This document shows, in pieces, positions 14,874 through 30,853 of a stretch of 64,000 nucleotides of DNA. The DNA lies in NCBI GenBank assembly GCA_963828525.1, contig CAWHEP010000008.1, positions 448,001 through 512,000 of the forward strand, in the 5' to 3' direction. A program made the translations under genes and the position numbers. Source of the stretch: an uncultured Verrucomicrobiae bacterium (GTDB lineage: Bacteria; Verrucomicrobiota; Verrucomicrobiia; Chthoniobacterales; Chthoniobacteraceae). The first letter of the stretch is position 1. Each line of letters begins with the position of its first letter. Below the pieces are notes generated by a model. The model was given only the letters and a program-made list of their open reading frames with translations, made no database searches and was not told the origin of the DNA.

Positions 14874-17800
14874 TTAAAATCCGAAATCCAATATTGGCAG
14901 CCCGTCCAGTTCCAACTTGAGTTCGGGCAGTGGATTCACCCTGTATTCCGAGCTCAAGCGCACCCGAAGCCGCGGCCCTTCCTGCCTAACGAAGTCCAGA
15001 TGAACATCCCGGGGGCCGGGGAAACGTCGTATGGCTGCTTGCAAAATCAGGAGATCGTTCTCGCTCATCCTATCCATTCGCAATGCCATGAGTATGGGCT
15101 CCGCGCGGACTCCACGTTTTAGCGCGCTTATCTCGGACGCGACAACCCGTGGCGTCTCGTCCCGTTTGTCCAAGCGTCCGGTGATGGCAACGGCGCGGCC
15201 TTTTTCAAGAAACGACGCGCATTTCGTAAACGTCTCATTCCAAACGGGCACCTCCACAGCGCCGGTGAGATCTTCCAGAACGAGCACTGCAAACGGCTTG
15301 CTATCCTTTTTTGTGAATTTTTTCTCGACCGAGATAAGGGCGCCGGCCACCTGTACCTGTAGCGCGATCGTCCATCTCTCCCAACGCCTGCACCGCGACA
15401 TATTTGCCGCTCTCCAGCAGGGGCCGGTATTCATCCAAGGGGTGGCCGGTCACATAGAAACCGAGCAACTCCTTCTCGTAAGCAAGCTGCTCGTCTACAG
15501 GCCACGGTGGAACTGGCGGAGCCAAATTCCGACGCGTGGGAGTCGAAGGCGCGGCGATGGCATCGAACAACGAGACCTGTCCCGCTTCGCGATCCCGATG
15601 CGCCGAGGCGGCTGTCGAAAGGGCTGAATCTATCGCCGCAAAAAGGGACGCCCGATCCGTCCCGGTGAAATCGAACGCGCCGCATTTTACGAGGCTCTCC
15701 AAAACCTTCTTGTTTATCCGGCGGGGATCGAGCCGTGAGCAAAAATCTTCCAGCGACTGATATGCGCCGTTCTTCCGGCGCTCTTCCACAGCGGCTTCCA
15801 TTGCCAGTTCTCCCACGTTTTTCACGCCGGCAAGGCCAAATCGAATCCCTGTTTTTTCCCGCGAGACCTCAGGCGCGAACTTCAGCGCGCTCCGGTTTAC
15901 ATCCGGCGGCAATATCTCGATGCCCATTCGCTTGCACTCCGCCACAAAGATGGAAATTTTGTCGGTGTTGTTGATCTCGTTGCTCAGCAGCGCGGCCATG
16001 AACTCCACGGGGTAGTTCGCCTTCAGGAAAGCGGTCTGGTAGCTGATGAACCCGTACGCTGCGCTATGGCTTTTGTTGAACCCATACCCCGCAAACTTCT
16101 CCAGCAGGTCGAAGATGGAGTTTGCCTTCTTCTCGGCGATATTGTTCGTCTTTTCGCAGCCAGCGATAAAGGTGGCGCGCTCCTTCGCCATCTTTTCCTT
16201 GTCCTTCTTCCCCATGGCCCGTCGCAGCAGATCGGCCTGCGCGAGGCTGTAACCGGCGAGAGCGCTCGCCGCCGCCATCACCTGCTCCTGGTAGATCATG
16301 ATTCCGAACGTTTCCGCGCACACTTTTTCCAGTAGCGGATGCTCGTATTTAATCTTTGTCTCGCCCTTCTTCCGATTGATGTAGTCCGGAATCAGATCCA
16401 TTGGCCCGGGCCGATACAACGCAATCAGCGCAATGATGTCTTCGATCTTCTGGATGTCGAATTTCCGGCAGAGATTTACCATGCCACCGGATTCCAGCTG
16501 GAAAACACCGATCGTCTCGCCCCTGTTTAGAAGAGCAAAGGAAGGCTGATCATCGAACGGCAGGTCGCGCGCCGAGAACTCCGGGACCTTCTCGCGGATG
16601 AGCAGTTCGGCATCCTGAATTACCGTCAATGTCTTCAAGCCCAAAAAATCCATTTTCAGCAATCCCAGGTCCGTGAGCGGCCCCATGGAAAATTGGCTGA
16701 TTACATCCCCGTCCGGCCCCTTTGAAAGGTCGGATCGCGACAGCGGCACATACTCTGAAAGATCGCGATCGCCGATCAGCACTCCCGCCGCATGAACCCC
16801 CGCCTGCCGCGACAAGCCCTCCAGAGTGGTGGCGTACCCCCACAGTTGCGCCGTCGCCGGCTCCGTCTGGATGGCCTTCTTCAAATCCGGGTTCTTCTCT
16901 GCCGCCTTCTTGAGATCGATGTTCAACTCGTTGGGGATCATCTTCGCCAGCCGATCCCCATCCCCGTAGCTCAGGCCCATTACGCGGCCTACATCCCGTA
17001 TCACGCTTTTCGCCCCCATCGTTCCAAAGGTCACGATTTGCGCCACCGCGCGCTCCCCGTATTTGCGCCGTACATAATCGATCACTTCTCCCCGCCTGTT
17101 CTGGCAAAAGTCCACATCGATATCGGGTGGGCTTACGCGATCCGGATTTAAGAACCGTTCAAACAGCAGGCCAAATCGCAACGGATCGATATCCGTTATC
17201 CCCATCACGTAGGCCACCATCGATCCCGCCGCCGAGCCTCGTCCGGGCCCAACCGGGATCCCCTTCCTCTTGGCGTAATCAATGAAGTCCCAAACAATCA
17301 GGAAATAGCTTACGAACCCGGTCTTCTCGAGAACCGACAGCTCGTATTCGAGGCGTTGCGTCAGCTCGGGCTCCTTTTCCACCCGCTCGCCGTAACGCTC
17401 CTTGAAGCCCTTGTAACAGATTTCCCGCAACAACCCCTCCCGCGTCTGCCCCACATCCACGATATAGGCGGGATACTTAGGCTTCCCGAACTCCAGACGA
17501 AGGTTGCACCGCTCCGCGATCCGCAGCGTATTGTCGAGCGCCTCCGGGTGTTCCGCGAACAGAGCTCTCATCTCCTGCGGCGACTTGAAAAAAAGCTCGG
17601 GCACGTAATGCATCCGGCGCTCATCCGCTACGTTGGCGGCGGTGCCAATGCAGATCATCACATCGTGCGCCTCGTGGTGCGTTCGCTCCAGAAAATGCAC
17701 GTCATTGGATGCCACCAGCCCGATTCCAAATTCCCGCGCGAGCGCCACCAGACCAGCGTTGCATTTGCTCTGCGCTTCGATCCCGTGCTGGTGCAACTCG

Positions 17801-18327
17801 AGGAAAAAATTCTCCTCTCCCAGGATGTCACGGAACTCAGCGACCGACGCTCGCGCCTTTCCCATCTGATCCCCTTGAATCGCCATATTGATCTCCCCCT
17901 TCAGACAGCCGCTTAGCCCGATCAGCCCCTTCGAATGCTTCGCAAGCAGCGCCTTGTCGATGCGCGGCTTGTAATAGTGACCCTCCAGATGCGCGAGCGA
18001 GATGAGCTTCACCAGATTGTGGTAACCCACCTCATCGGTCGCCAGCAGGGTGAAGTGGTACGCGGCATCCCGCCCCGAAGAAGCGTTACGATCCGTCATC
18101 GCGCCCGGAGCCATATAGGCTTCGCACCCGATAATCGGTTTTATTCCCGCTTTCAGCGCAGCCTGGTAGAAGTCGATGGCCCCATACAGATTCCCGTGAT
18201 CGGTTATCGCCACCGCTGGCATCCCGAAAGCGACTGCCTGCCGCATCAATTGATCGATCCGAACCGCCCCATCCAGCAGAGAGAACTCCGTGTGAACGTG
18301 GAGATGAACGAACGAGTCGACGGCCAT
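14874..18327 (-). CDS. dnaE: DNA polymerase III alpha subunit (apparent frameshift near 15340)
   Basis: FVHLHVHTEFSLLDG, GRGSAAGS, PDIDVDF, KMDFLGL, YGFNKSH; OB-fold C-terminus in the 14874-15434 frame. Confidence 0.98.
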
Positions 18328-18478
18328 GTGGAAATGATACAATCAAACCCGCCAATTACACGGAATCAGAAGGGGTATATTCAATCCCGTGACGTTGACA
18401 ACGGTCCAATTACATGGCCCTCGCCGTGCTCCTGCCGGGGAACTCGCCTCCCTTCGGCCCAACCTTCTGAGGTCGGGG

Positions 18479-19408
18479 CTAAGGCACGATCTCTGCAGCG
18501 GTTTTAAAATGGGTTTTGGCCACTTCATTTAGCACCCCCACCCCATGGACCGCCACGAGGTCACGGGCGACCTGCTTGACCTGCGCCGAAACTCCGCGCG
18601 GCATCACCACGCGAAAACTCCTGCCAGCCTTTTCCAACCAGTCGATGAACCGCTCGCGAGCAAGGATCGACGCGGCCGCGACCGCCAGATCGGACTCCGC
18701 TTTTGTCCTTTGTTGCAGCTCGATCTCGCGTCCCTTCGCGAGCAGCGCTGTCTGGATCAGCTTCGGGTTTGCAAATTGATCCGACAACGCTCTCGGGCAG
18801 TCGGATCTGATATCCAGCAGGTTTTCGATCACCCGGGCGTGGCCCCAGGCGAGCAGCCGGTTGAGATTGCCGATTTTGGCAAAAAGCTGGTTGTATTTCA
18901 CCGGACCGATCTCCACAACGCTCGATACGGCGCCCTGCGTCTTCTTGATGACAGCCGCAAGGCTCCTGATCCGCTGATCGGATCCAATCCGTTTGCTATC
19001 CTGGATTCCCGCGTCCATGAAGCTGCGGGCGATCCCCCGATCCACATACACTCCCGCGATCACCAGCGGTCCGAAGAAGTCGCCCTTGCCGCTTTCGTCG
19101 ATCCCGAAGTGCGGCGTAAACATTTCCGGCGAGTTGACTTCCTCGTACCCCAGCTTGGCCTGTCCCAAAATCTCCGGCTCCAGCCTGAACGTCACAAACT
19201 CCTCGGTATTCTTCCCTTGCACCACCACCTTCGGCCCCTTCTCGTAAACGGCGATGCTTAGCTTATCCTTCTGGGCGAAGTAGAGCGTGTAGGGACGGGC
19301 TTCAAACTCGAAATCCTCGGCCTCCAAAATCTGCCTCAACCTGGCCGCTTGCTCGATGGTGAGAGCAGAGGTGTAAAGCGACAGCTTCCTGGGCGTTCCT
19401 TCTGGCAT
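18479..19408 (-). CDS. rnhC: Ribonuclease HIII
   Basis: N-terminal TBP-like domain ([13 protein letters not shown]), [31 protein letters not shown]. Confidence 0.92.
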   Translation of the reverse strand: MPEGTPRKLSLYTSALTIEQAARLRQILEAEDFEFEARPYTLYFAQKDKLSIAVYEKGPKVVVQGKNTEEFVTFRLEPEILGQAKLGYEEVNSPEMFTPHFGIDESGKGDFFGPLVIAGVYVDRGIARSFMDAGIQDSKRIGSDQRIRSLAAVIKKTQGAVSSVVEIGPVKYNQLFAKIGNLNRLLAWGHARVIENLLDIRSDCPRALSDQFANPKLIQTALLAKGREIELQQRTKAESDLAVAAASILARERFIDWLEKAGRSFRVVMPRGVSAQVKQVARDLVAVHGVGVLNEVAKTHFKTAAEIVP

Positions 19409-19456
19409 AAGGTTTGTTCGCCTTCCCTCGTCGCATTTGCAATCATTCCGCGCCGA

Positions 19457-20450
19457 ATGGGCAAAGATTCTCCAGCAGCCAGCCCGCCCCTTTTCAGAAG
19501 GCGATTGACCGCGTGGTTCGATGCGAACGGACGCGATCTCCCATGGCGCAGGACGCGTGACCCATACGCAATCCTCGTCTCCGAGGTCATGCTCCAACAG
19601 ACGCAGGTGGCGACCGTGATTGACTATTACCTGCGCTGGATGGCTCGTTTCCCCACTGTCGTCGCCCTCGCGGCCGGCGCAGGAGCCAGACATCCTCCAC
19701 GCATGGCAGGGACTTGGCTACTATTCCCGCGCCCGAAACCTCCACCGCGCCGCTCAGCGGATCGTCTCTGAACACGACGGCAAATTCCCGCGCGCGGTCC
19801 GCGAAATCCGCGCGCTCCCAGGCATCGGAGAATACACCGCAAATGCCGTCGCCACCTTCGCTTTCGAACGCCCGGTCCCGTTGCTCGAAGCAAACACGAC
19901 CCGTGTTCTCTCGCGGCTGTTTGCCTTCACAAATCCCTCCGACACCGTCGAGGGGAGATCAGCATTGCGCTCCCACGCCGCCGGCCTGCTCCCCCGCGCG
20001 AACGCCTGCCGCTACAACTCCGCGCTCATGGAACTCGGCGCCCTCATCTGCGTTCCGCGCAGACCTAAATGCGACATCTGCCCCGTCCAGGCGTGGTGCC
20101 TTACCGAGGCTCCTGAGGCGCTTCCGACAAAGCGGGCGAGGATGAAAACGGTCTTGATCGAGCAGGAACGCGCGTTCATCCGCATACAAAACAACATACT
20201 CCTTGAGCAGCAAACCACCGCCCGCTGGCGCAACCTGTGGTGCCTCCCTCCGCGCTCCGGAAGCGGAACAAAGCCATGCCTGGTGTTGAAGTACACCATC
20301 ACACATCACGCCGTCACCCTCTCCGTCTTCAGCGAAGAGCCGGCGCCAACGCTCGCCCCGAATCAGCGATGGATACCCATCGACTCCCTCGCCGAATACC
20401 CCATGCCGTCCCCCCACCGCCGCGCATTGAACAGCATGTTGCAAAAATAG
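19457..20450 (+). CDS. mutY: A/G-specific adenine glycosylase (apparent frameshift near 19680)
   Basis: [48 protein letters not shown], Fe-S cluster motif C-x6-C-x2-C-x5-C. Confidence 0.95.
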
Positions 20451-20465
20451 CGGGGTGTTTGTCTC

Positions 20466-23053
20466 CTACTCGCTAGTTTCTTCCACCACTTCCTCCTCAG
20501 CCTGGCTGACCACCGGCGCGATCGCCTGCAAGGTTTCACCCTCTTTGAGGTTGATCAGTTTCACTCCCATCGCATTGCGCATTGTCTCCCGGATACCGTC
20601 CACGCGCGTTCGCACCATTTGCCCCTTTGTCGTAATCAACATCAGTTCGTCACTGGCTTTCACCGCGAGCGCGCCAACCACGCCCCCCGTTCTCTCGCCA
20701 GTCTTCATCGTGATAATCCCCTTGCCCCCGCGAGACTGCAGGCGGTAGTCGTCAAAGGGAGTCCTTTTCCCGATTCCGTTTTCCCCGGCGACCAGGAGCA
20801 TCGCATCCAAATCCAAAATCGCGATAGCCATGACCTTGTCACCCTTCTCAGGGCGTATCCCCCACACCCCAACAGTATCACGTCCCTGATCCTTAACCTG
20901 CTCCTCGTGAAAGCGCAGGCTCATACCCTGGTGCGTGATCAAGACAATTTCGTTCTCCCCATTGGTGAGCTTCGCGTCGATGAGTTCGTCTCCATCCTCG
21001 ATCTTGATCGCGATGATACCTCCTTTTCGCAGATTGCTATATTCGGAAAGGTTCGTCTTTTTAACGATGCCGGACTGAGTGGCAAATAGAATATGAAGCT
21101 CCGGATCCCATGTCCCATCGACGGCGGTAGGACCTGAACCAATCAACTTGCTCTGCACGCGGATGGTGGCCGCGATCTTCTCCTCGGAACGAAGCTCAAG
21201 CAGATTCGCTATCGACCTTCCCTTTGCGGCCCGGCCCATCTCAGGGATCTCATAAACCTTCTCGACATAGCACCGCCCCGATTTCGTGAAGAACATCAGG
21301 AAATCGTGCGTGGTCGCCGTGAAGAGGTGTTCGACGAAGTCTCCTTCCTCCTGCTCCGTGGCGCCCTCGCGCGTAGCCATGCCAATGACACCCTTACCAC
21401 CTCGCCGTTGCGCCCGGAACGCGCTCACCGCTGTCCGCTTGATCGATCCGCCGTGGGTGATGCTGATGATGCACCCTTCATTGGCGATGAGATCCTCCAT
21501 GTTGATCTCACCCTCATCGGGAACGATCTGCGTCAGCCTCGGCCCCGCGTATTTCTGCTGAATCTCGCGCAGCTCACTCTTGATGATCTCAAACACCCGC
21601 GACTCCTTTGCAAGGATGTCCATGAGATCCTTGATCTTCTCCAGGAGCTCCTTGTATTCCGCGACGATCTTCTCGCGCTCGAGGCCGGTAAGTTGGTAGA
21701 GGCGAAGCTCCAAAATCTGATTCGCCTGCTGCTCGCTGAACGCGTAGATGCCGTCAACCAGACGGGCCTCGTTACGGATGAGGACGCCGATCTGCTCCAC
21801 CTGCCGCCGCGTAAACTCGAAGGCGAGCAGCTTTACCCGCGCCTCCTCGCGATTCGCCGACTCGCGGATGATGCGGATAAACTCATCCATGTTCGCGAGG
21901 GCAATGAGATAGCCATCCAGCGTCTCAGCGCGTTCCTCGGCCTGGCGAAGCAGAAAACGAGCGCGCCGGATCACCACCTCACGGCGGTGCTCGATGTAGC
22001 ACTGAATCGCTTCCTTGAGCGAAAGCAGCTTTGGCCGACCATGATCGATCGCGAGCATCGACGCCGCGAAAGAAGACTCCAGCGCGGTGAATTTGTACAG
22101 GTTGTTGATTACAACCTTCGGTATGGCGTCGCGCTTCAGTTCGATGACAACACGCGTATTCTCATCCGACTCGTCGCGGATCGCGGTGATGTCGCCGATG
22201 ATCTTCTGGTTCACCAGATCGGCGATCTTCTCGACCAGCGTCGCCCGATTGACGTTATAAGGAATCTCAGTAACGACGATTTGCTCGCGACCTCCCTTCA
22301 GCTCTTCAACTCCAGCTTTGCCGCGCACTTTGATGCTGCCCCGGCCCGTCTCCATATACTGGCGATTGCCAGCGACACCGCAGATCAGGCAGCCGGTCGG
22401 GAAGTCCGGCCCCTTAACGAACTTCATCAACTCATCCAGCGTGATCTCGGGATTATCAATTTGCGCGCAGATGCCGTCGATGATCTCGCCCAGATTATGC
22501 GGTGGCAGGTTGGTTGCCATGCCCACCGCGATGCCGGTTCCGCCATTTACCAGGAGGTTTGGGAAAGCGGCGGGGAAGACCGTCGGCTCCGTGCGAGTCT
22601 CGTCATAGTTCGGGACAAAATCCACCGTGTCCTTCTCCATGTCCTCCATCAGCGCGGCGCCCAGGTGCGTCATCCGCGCCTCGGTGTAACGCATGGCGGC
22701 TGGCGGATCGCCTTCCACCGAACCGAAGTTCCCCTGCCCGTCCACAAGCCGTCTCCCGCATGGCCCAGGATTGCGCCATGTGAACCATCGTGGGATAGAT
22801 CACCGCCTCGCCATGCGGATGGTAGTTGCCGCTCGTGTCGCCGCAGATCTTCGCGCATTTACGGTGCTGCCTGTTGGGAAACAGCGAGAGATCGTGCATC
22901 GCGTAGAGAATTCTCCGTCTGCGAAGGCTTCAGGCCATCACGCGCGTCGGGAAGAGCGCGTGAGATGATGACCGACATCGAGTAGTCGAGGAAGGATCTC
23001 GACATCTCCTCGGCCACGTTGATCGGGGCTACTTTTTCGTTATTTGAATACAC
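20466..23053 (-). CDS. gyrA: DNA gyrase subunit A (apparent frameshifts near 22750 and 22920)
   Basis: [37 protein letters not shown], GyrA-box QRRGGKG, C-terminal pinwheel repeats. Confidence 0.97.
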
Positions 23054-23108
23054 AGGGATTTGTTGCGGAAAATGGCGGCGACTCTTGTCGCCAGCCGCAG
23101 GGAGTTTG

Positions 23109-25624
<2,516 letters not shown>

Positions 25625-25757
25625 TTACTTCTGGACTGAGCCTAAATACTTACGAGAGAAGCCGGAGGACACAATACTTTTTCTCCCTGTAAAATGCGGT
25701 CGATCCACTATCGGTTGCGTTTCTCGGCAAAGCCACTACCTCAACCTGTTGGGTTCG

Positions 25758-27306
25758 ATGAAAAAACTGCGCTTTTTTGTTGGCATCTTTGCGCTTGGGT
25801 TGGTGCTCTGCCTCACCGTCGTTACCAGATCTTATACTTTCCCGCGCGTTTTCGCCCATGGCGGAATTTATTTCGCGGATGGGGATTGCTACTCCCGGAT
25901 GACCCGCGTCCGGGCCGTGATGGAACACCCGCTGCATCCTGCTGAGGCACCACGAATTCGAGAACTACCCCCAAGGCACCGATCCCCACACGACTTCCCC
26001 TTTCGATTATTTGATAGCGTGCTGGCCTGGATGCTCAGCCCGTTGACTCCCCGGAACCTGGATGTCGCGGGCGCCATCGTTTCTCCCCTGCTCGGCCTGG
26101 GCATGGCCGTTTTTCTCCTGTGCTGGACGACGGCAATAAAGCTCCCATTCCGAGGAGCAACTCTCTTCTTTCACGCCGTAAGTCCGATCCTTGTCCATGG
26201 CACGGCGCTCGGGCGTCCAGATCACCAGTCATTCCAGATGTTCCTGATGGCAGCCGGTCTCGGCGCGGAATGGATCATGGCGTCCAGCCCAACGCGCGGA
26301 TGGGGAATAGTGAGCGGGCTCGCCTGGAGCGTTGGGCTTTGGACCTCGCTTTATGAACCGGGCGCTTTGTTCGTTGCGGTTGTTTTTCTCTACCTGCTCC
26401 TTGATCGCCGCTCATTGCTGCAGCCTCAACGCTGGGCTGGCTATGCGGTTTTCGTCGCCGTCATCATCCTCGGTCTTACAGTGGATGGCTGGTGGGCGCG
26501 CATGCCGGATGCCGCCGTCGTCCGCTACTTCCCCGCGTGGGAAAAGACGATCGGCGAGCTCGCGACAGTTGCCCCGCTCGATCCCATCCTATTCCGATGG
26601 GTGGGCTTCGGATTGGTGAGCCGCGCCGGTTCTGCTGATTCTCGCGATTCGGCGTGAAAAGAAGGTGTTGGCAATTCTCGTTTTACTGCTCGCGACTTAC
26701 GCGCTCACGCTCACGCAAGTTCGATGGGGATACTTTTTCGCGCTCGTCTTCGCAATGTCGCTTCCATGGCAACTGAGCGTCTTGCCCAGGCCATGGATGG
26801 GCAGCGCCTTGTTTTTTCTATGTCTGTGGCCAGTCGCACGAGAATGGGACGACAACATGCTGCCGAATGACCGGAATCGTGGCCCTGCCGCCGAGCAGGA
26901 AGCCGACGACATCTGCTTGCGCGATATCGCAAACCATTTGAAAGCGCCAGGGAAGATGCCCGTGCTAGCTCCCTGGTGGTTCTGTCCGGCTCTGGCGTAC
27001 TGGTCTGAACAACCCGCAGTCGCCGGAAGCTCACACGAAAGCCTGCCCGGCATCGTGGACACCGCCCGCTTTTATCTCACTCGAGACCCGGAAGGCGCGC
27101 TCGCCCTGGTCCGAAGCCATGGTGTAAAATGGGTGGTCGCGTACGATCCCCAGCGCGTGCTCGATACCTCGACCACTCTCCTTGGCGCAACCGCTTCACC
27201 GGAGTCGCTCGCAAATCGCCTGTATGATCGCCCTTCTTCCGCCGCGCCGTTCCTCGCGTTTGATTACGCGAACCCCTCGTTTAAGCTCTTCCGTGTCAGG
27301 GAATAG
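25758..27306 (+). CDS. GT-C membrane glycosyltransferase, STT3/AglB-like (apparent frameshifts)
   Basis: DGDCYSRMTRV, GRPDHQ, many TM segments, C-terminal soluble domain with VLAPWWFCP and VKWVV. Confidence 0.65.
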
Positions 27307-27317
27307 AGACTGAGTAT

Positions 27318-28742
27318 ATGTCGCCCAAAGTTGCATACGATTTCATCGTGATCGGAGGAGGGAGCGCCGGATTCGCCGCCGCGCGCGCCGCAGTGGATCT
27401 CGGCCTGGATGTCGCCGTCATTGAAGGCGGAGCGGAGGTTGGGGGACTTTGCATCCTCCATGGCTGCATGCCGAGCAAGACCATGATTGAGTCTGGAAAC
27501 CGCGCTAATACGATCCGTCGCGCGGAAGAGTTCGGCCTGCACGTCGGGAGACTGGTCGTCAGCGGTGAAGAAATTCTCGACGCGAAAGCGGCGGCATGGT
27601 TGCGGAATTCGCTGAATATCGACGCAGCCAGCTCGAAAGCGGAGCCTTCGACTTCATTCGTGGGATGGCTTCGTTTTCCGGCTTCGCGATCTCAGAGTCA
27701 CGCCCACTGGATGGCGGTGCCGACTTTTCCGTCAAGGCGAAGTCGTTCCTGATTGCGACAGGATCGACCACGAAGGTGCTGGATATGCCAGGCCTCTGCG
27801 AGACCGGGTTCCTTGATAGCGACGCCGTGCTGGAGAGCGCTACCAAGCCCGATCGGTGATCATCCTGGGAGGCGGCGCAACTGGGATGGAGTTCGCTCAT
27901 TACTTCACGAGCGTCGGCACAAAGACGACGGTGATCCAACGAGGAGGACAGGTGCTGAAGGAACTTGACTATGGATGCAGCCGCGATTCTAGGTTAATTC
28001 GCTCTGAGAGACCAGCGGCACTTCTGCTCTTCGTGGGAACAAACATCGTGCAGCGTTGAAAATGTCGGGCGGAACGAAGCGCGTTATTTTTCAGCACGAG
28101 GGCGAGGAAATATGGGTGGAGGCGGAAGAGATCGTCTACGCGCTCGGGCGGCTACCCGCATTTGGGCCACCTGCACCTCGACAAAGCGAAGTGCAGCTTG
28201 AGCATTCGAAGCTGACAATGAACTCCCGCCAGCAGACCAATCAGGGCCACATCTTCGCGGCGGGAGACGCGGCGGGGCCTTACGAGATCGTCCACATCGG
28301 CATCCAGCAGGGCGAACTGGCTGCGCGCAATGCGCACAAAATCGTGCACAAATCCCAGGACCCGCTGGAGGAGATGGATTACGGCTCAAGCTGTTCGCCG
28401 TCTTTTCCTCGCCCGAAGCGGCCGGCGTCGGAATGACGGAGAGAGGATTTGGCGAAGGCGGAGATTCCCTACCTCGTTTCCGCATACCATTTTCGAGATC
28501 ACGGAAAGTCAATCGTGATGGGGGAGACCCAAGGATTCGTGAAGTTGATCGTGGAACGGGATTCGCGCGAAATTCTTGGGGCCGCCGCCGTTGGCCCGAA
28601 TGCTTCGGAACTGATCCATGAAATAGCGGTGGCGATGTATTTCCACGCGACCGCGAGCGACCTCGCGAAAGTTCCCCATTATCATCCGACTCTTAGCGAA
28701 ATCTGGACCTACCCGGCGGAGGAATTGGCGGGCCATCGATGA
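27318..28742 (+). CDS. Pyridine nucleotide-disulfide oxidoreductase, dihydrolipoamide dehydrogenase/mercuric reductase family (several apparent frameshifts)
   Basis: IGGGSAG, GGLCILHGCMPSK redox disulfide, ILGGGATGME, FAAGD, HYHPTLSE. Confidence 0.9.
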
Positions 28743-28795
28743 CAACTTTAAATCCAGCCATTGACAGCAAATAATCGCAGCCTAATGATCATTGG

Positions 28796-29354
28796 GTGTT
28801 CAACAAACCCAACCCTCCGAGAGCGGAGCCCGAGGTGCAACCGATTCCAATGCAAAGCAATCCGATCCTGCCGCGCGCAAACCCCACTACCAATATGCCC
28901 GAAGTCAGTTCCAACAAAAATATCCTTTCCAGCGACGTCGAAATCAAAGGATCGATCAAGTTCCTTAATGAGCTCATCATCGACGGAAAGATTGAAGGCG
29001 AGATCAGTTCCTCCGGCGTTTGACGGTCGGAGAAAACGCGGAGATCCGCGGGGAAATCAAGACGAAGTCAGTAACCGTTCTGGGCAAAGTGCATGGAAAC
29101 ATCACCGTGGACGAGCGCTGCGAATTGAAGACACGGGCGCAGCTCATCGGGCGATCTGAAGGCAGCCCGGTCTGATGATCGAGGAAGGTGCGACCTTCGT
29201 TGGAAAATCCGAGGTTACACCAAACAAGGTCGCGATGAAGCCCGAAATCGTACGCGATCCCGAGAGTTCCTCAGAAAGCGGTCGCGGCCGGGCGATAACC
29301 GCGCCAAGTGCCAAGCCAGCCCCAGAAGTCGTCAACAGCGAAGACCAGCGTTGA
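28796..29354 (+). CDS. Bactofilin (polymer-forming cytoskeletal protein; apparent frameshifts)
   Basis: ILSSDVEIKGSIKF..LIIDGKIEGEI, TVGENAEIRGEI, IEEGATFVG. Confidence 0.85.
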
Positions 29355-30113
29355 GTGTCCTCATTGCGGGAACCAGCAAATGGAGTCCGCCTTTGCAAAG
29401 ACGACATTCTGTCGGAAATGCAGCAAGCATTTCGATCTTGAGCAGCAGCGGGAGGCGGAAGCTCCCGCGACGAAGGATGGCCTCCTAAAAAGATTCGGCA
29501 CGCTCTTTGCCACAGAAACCACGCGCGGAATCCGATGTTTTGACTGCCGGGCGCAGCAAAACGTAAGCAGTTCGGCCAAGTCCAGCATCTGCCCGCAGTG
29601 CGGCGCCTATATCGATCTGCGGGATTTTAAGATTGCGACAAGCTTCGCGCGCGCCATTCAGACGCAGGGAACGGTAATCGTCACTCCCAAAGGGAGAACT
29701 GACGAGCTCAAGGGTCGCCTGTGCCGTCGCTCACGTCTTCGGAAAGATTCGCGGGAACCTCATCTGCTCAGGAACCACGCGCATAAAGTATAAGGGGAAG
29801 CTTCTTGGCAGCATTGATTCGCATCATCTCGTCGTTGAAAAGGGATCGGATGTCGAACTTGTGCGTCCCGCCAAGGTCGGAAGCGCCGAGATACATGGCA
29901 AACTGTCCGCGCGCATCACGGCTGAAGGCGTGGTGACAATCAGCAAAACGGATGCTGGAAGGAACTGTTTACGCCCGCTCCATCACCGTGGACAAGGGCG
30001 GCATTTTCCACGGCGAATTGATTATCGGCAGACACGAGCTGTCGCAGCAGGAGTTGATTCCCGCGAGGGAGCTTCCCGCGCATGCCCGCCTCGCCTTCGG
30101 GCAGGCGGGATAA
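29308..30113 (+). CDS. Zinc-ribbon + bactofilin domain protein (apparent frameshifts)
   Basis: Four CxxC pairs (CPHC, CRKC, CFDC, CPQC) followed by beta-helix repeats ending in ITVDKGGIFHGEL. Confidence 0.7.
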
Positions 30114-30145
30114 GCCATTCGGAAGGCGTGGAAAATCGGGCTGGG

Positions 30146-30760
30146 CTACCGGTTCAGCAGCTTCGCCTCTTCCACGGCTTGCCTCGCAAAGAAGCTTTCG
30201 GGAAATTGCGCCTGTACGTTCTCATAGGCGCGACTGGGCTTCCTCGGTCTTCCCTTGGGTGCGAAGAATATTCGCCCTGCGCCATCTGTGCCACGGGCGC
30301 ACTGTATCGGTCGCTGAACTGGGAGATGATCTGCTGGTAAATATCCAGGGCTTCGGCGGACTTGCCCTGAGCCTCCAGCGTTTCTCCCAGGCTGAGATAT
30401 GCGCCATCCGCCAACGGATGACTCGCATCCATCGCCATAAACTCACGAAGGACTGCCGCCGACTCCTCCAGCTTCTTCGCGCAGCGCAGTTCTTCTCCAA
30501 GCATCAGACACGCGCGTTCCCAGCTTCAACGGAGTTGGGATAAGTCAGGATAACCTCGGAACTGTTGTTCGGTCTTCGCCTGGGAAAACATCTCCTGCGC
30601 CTTGGCGGTTTTTCGCTGTTCTCCCATCTGGTAAAAACCGAAGATCAGAGCGGCAGCAGCAATAATGGCGGCATACAAAACGATCTTCGCTCTTGTGCTG
30701 CTCCCAGAAAACCATCGGGTCGAAACCATGCTCTGGGATAATCTCTAAGGGGGTGGACAT
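30146..30760 (-). CDS. Membrane-anchored TPR protein, YfgM-like (apparent frameshifts)
   Basis: FW motif plus TM helix at the N-terminus, then TPR-like helices (HPLADGAYLSLGE, YQQIISQF). Confidence 0.65.
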
Positions 30761-30853
30761 AGGGCGGGTAACGTTTCAAACGTTGGAGCAAAAAACAAGG
30801 TCTTAATTTCTGATACGCCAGAAATAGCCAGGCGCGATGCCTGCCGATACCCC

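Noticed and set aside
27318..28742. Call as merA or lpdA
   Set aside because: No C-terminal Cys-Cys pair or mer genes, and no dehydrogenase-complex neighbours; left at family level.
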